A stretch of 64,000 nucleotides of DNA. It comes from an uncultured Alicyclobacillaceae bacterium. Lineage in GTDB: Bacteria > Bacillota > Bacilli > Alicyclobacillales > Alicyclobacillaceae. The stretch is taken from the NCBI GenBank assembly GCA_963788285.1, contig CAWBGB010000009.1, forward strand, positions 5,375-69,374, given 5' to 3'. A program made the translations under genes and the position numbers. The notes under the pieces were generated by a model. The model worked only from the letters and a program-made list of their open reading frames with translations. It had not been told where the DNA came from and searched no databases. This document shows, in pieces, positions 61,590 to 64,000 of the stretch (position 1 is the first letter of the stretch; every line of letters begins with the position of its first letter).

Positions 61590-61862
61590 TCCTGAGTCCT
61601 CCCACCTTGACGCGCCTCGCTTGCCATTCGAGACGGTCATCACAATCCGGACAAGCCTCTTATAATGTATCAACTTACCATAGATGGAATAGTTTTAAAA
61701 TGGATGCCAAACAGGCGGGTCTCAGCTTGTCCCGTCAAACGGCACACCCCCTGCAAGTGTTCTATGCCCCCTATTGAATTCGTGGATAAGGACGGTCGAA
61801 GGACACGGAACAAGGAGACAGGTGAACGTACCACCTATCTCCCAAGATGCGAATTGATACAT

Positions 61863-63291
61863 TTACAAAAATCTGCGCTGTGTCTTCTTACCATCGTGTG
61901 TGAACACCACTTCGCGGCCTTCGACCACCGTTTGCAAGTGGCAGTTGCGCCCCCACATCTGGTACAGGTAGGGGAGCGTCTTCTCCAGGTGCTTCACATC
62001 CAATTCCATGCCTTCATAGGCGTGTCGAATGTAGAGCTCTCCGTTGCGATTGTGGTCTCCGTCCTCAACGTACAGTACCGGGATGCCGCCATTCACACGA
62101 GACGCGCACAATTGGTCGCGTACGTGTTCCCATTCTTTATCCACAACGCGCCAGTCGTTGCCAACCTTTTGAAACAGGTACAAGTCCAGCTCCTGTGCAA
62201 GTTCCTTCGTCAGGTAGTTGCGCAGGAAAGAGATGTCGTTTTCCATCTCTCGCACTTCAAACATCTTCTCGCGGCCCTTTCCTGGCTCGCGCCCAAACCG
62301 CTTTCGCTCTTCTTCCGTCGGCTCGTTCCATCGCTTCTCAATGTTCTCCCAGATGGCAAGCCCGAGGTGGTACGGGTTTATGGAGGTTCGGGACGGAAGC
62401 ACGACGCCCGAGTGCATTTTGGCAAACTCAATGGCGTCTGCCTCGTTGAGATCGAGGTCACGCATAATCCGCAAATGCCAGTACGTGGCCCAACCTTCGT
62501 TCATGATCTTCGTCTCTAGCTGCGGCCAGAAGTACAGCATCTCCTCGCGCAGGACGGACAGTACGTCGCGTTCCCACTCTTCGAGCACGGAACTGTGCTC
62601 AATCAGGAACAACATGATGTCCTTGGTCGGCAGCCCGGCAAAGCGTGCAGGGACTTCCTTCGTCCGGTTCCTGCGACGCGCCCGGATCCGTCCAAAGCCC
62701 AAAGGTCATCGTAGGGCAATGCACTCCTTCTCCCGCCGACGTCGTGTCTTCTCCTGCTGTCCTGCTACGCATCTTCCGCTCCCGCTCCACGTATCCAGAT
62801 GCGTCGACATGCTCCTGCAGAGCCATGCCGGCGTCGAGGAGGGATTCCACGCGGGATCGTCCGTATTCCATTTCGTATGCGTGCAATCGCTGCGCATTGG
62901 ACGCCATTCTATCGACCATGTCTCGCGACGTGCGCGAGAACGAACTGTTGTTTTTGAAAAAGTCGCAATGCGCGAGTACGTGGGCACAGACGGTCATGTT
63001 TTGCAGCAGTGTGTTGCCGTCGAGCAAGAATGCATAGCATGGATCCGAGTTGATGACCAATTCGTAAATGCGGCTGAGGCCCAAGTCGTACTCCAACTTC
63101 ATTCGGTGGTACGACTTCCCAAACGACCAATGCGTGTACCGCGTAGGCATACCATATGCGCCGAACGTGTACAGGACCTCTGCTGGACACACCTCGTACC
63201 GCATGGGATAAAAATCGAGCCCGTATCCACGGGCAATCTCCATCATCTGGTCAATGCTCTTTTCCAGCTCAACCATTTCTGCCTGGTTCAT
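61863..63291 (-). pseudogene. spoVR: stage V sporulation protein R (SpoVR/YcgB family), one frameshift
   Basis: The N-terminal ORF 62599-63291 ([32 protein letters not shown]...) and the C-terminal ORF 61863-62702 ([11 protein letters not shown]...[21 protein letters not shown]...) overlap in different frames. The total span, 1429 nt, is not a multiple of 3. Confidence 0.8.
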
Positions 63292-64000
63292 GCTGGCTTC
63301 ACCTCGCCCGCTCGTTGGGAGAAGAAGTGCCGCAATGCACTGTAGACGGCTGACTTCTCGCGAATGACAAAGTTGCGGAAGTTAGGATGGCGATACTTGG
63401 AATACGCGTTCATCAAGGTGGAACTTCGATTGTACTGATACAATCCGACATGATGTAACCAACAAGGCCCTCGCTAACGTGGGGGTCCTTTCTTAAACTT
63501 GTATCAGATGGTATGTCGTTGGCGAGTAGATGTCTCCCAACACTTGGCGACTGCCCGGACAATATCTTTATGCCGTCGTTTCCATTTTTAGTAAGTCAAT
63601 GGACCTGGCCAGTAAATCTCGATTGTGGTCATTGCCACCTTGTAGGCCTATATTCGGCTTACGTTTTTCCGATCGACGAATGGGATTCGCCATGACACAC
63701 CTACTGTGTAAGCCTATGAGATTCATTACCGATGTTATCTGTGCAAATAAAAAGGCCTGCACAAACACAAACGCGCGGGCCAAATGTATCACTTCCGTCC
63801 GCTTCGAGTGCTCTCATTAACTTCGGTATATGCATGCCCACTCCATTGTCTGGATTGTAAATTGGAAGAACGTATATAAATGCTAAGTGAAATAAATGTA
63901 ACCATACAGTGAGGGTGAAAGTATGAAGACAAAGAACGCGTGGGTTACCGATATCTCAATCAGAGTTGTAGTGTGTGCTTAGGAGGTTATTGATGCATTA
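63288..64000 (-). pseudogene. YhbH/YeaH (DUF444, vWA-like) remnant, multiply frameshifted, runs off the window
   Basis: The in-frame tail [44 protein letters not shown] (ATGA overlap with spoVR) matches the YhbH C-terminus. Upstream pieces lie in other frames: LEADGSDTFG (MIDAS-like), HLARAFVFVQAFL, LQGGNDHNRDLLARSIDLL. Confidence 0.5.

Overview
This is a 64-kb chromosomal window from a moderately GC-rich, spore-forming Firmicute. The taxon is an inference from gene content (cotF-like, spoVR/yhbH, glcT-ptsHI, hprK, Bacillus-type SD sequences). Most of it is core metabolism. In order: gatCAB, a TagO/WecA-like GT4 transferase, ligA, pcrA, tRNA-Pro, YbjQ, a CotF-like coat protein, gamma-glutamyltransferase, an Fe-ADH, nagA, glcT/ptsH/ptsI, phoPR-like two-component system, pit with its DUF47 partner, queC and queDE, hprK, a Fur-family regulator, the glyoxylate shunt (aceB-aceA), thyA-folA, a MoaD-MoaE fusion, and a cobalamin salvage/uptake cluster. 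That cluster is cobT-bluB fusion, pduO, btuFCD-like, cobU and cobS, governed by two near-identical cobalamin riboswitches. The stand-out region is 16278-21097. There a complete long-chain acyl-CoA synthetase is fused through one TM helix to a Gln/Ser/Thr/Asn/Leu-rich helical module. It is followed by four tightly packed paralogues that consist only of an N-terminal TM helix plus the same module, and all five proteins end in Pro. I could not assign this module to a named family from the sequence alone. I flag it as a candidate undescribed membrane complex tied to fatty-acid activation. A second theme is an unusually high load of decayed genes, about 10 of about 70, including ligA, an EIIA(Glc) remnant, clpP, ktrB/RCK, MFS, RDD, SUKH, spoVR and yhbH. 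No CRISPR array, rRNA or intact mobile element was seen.
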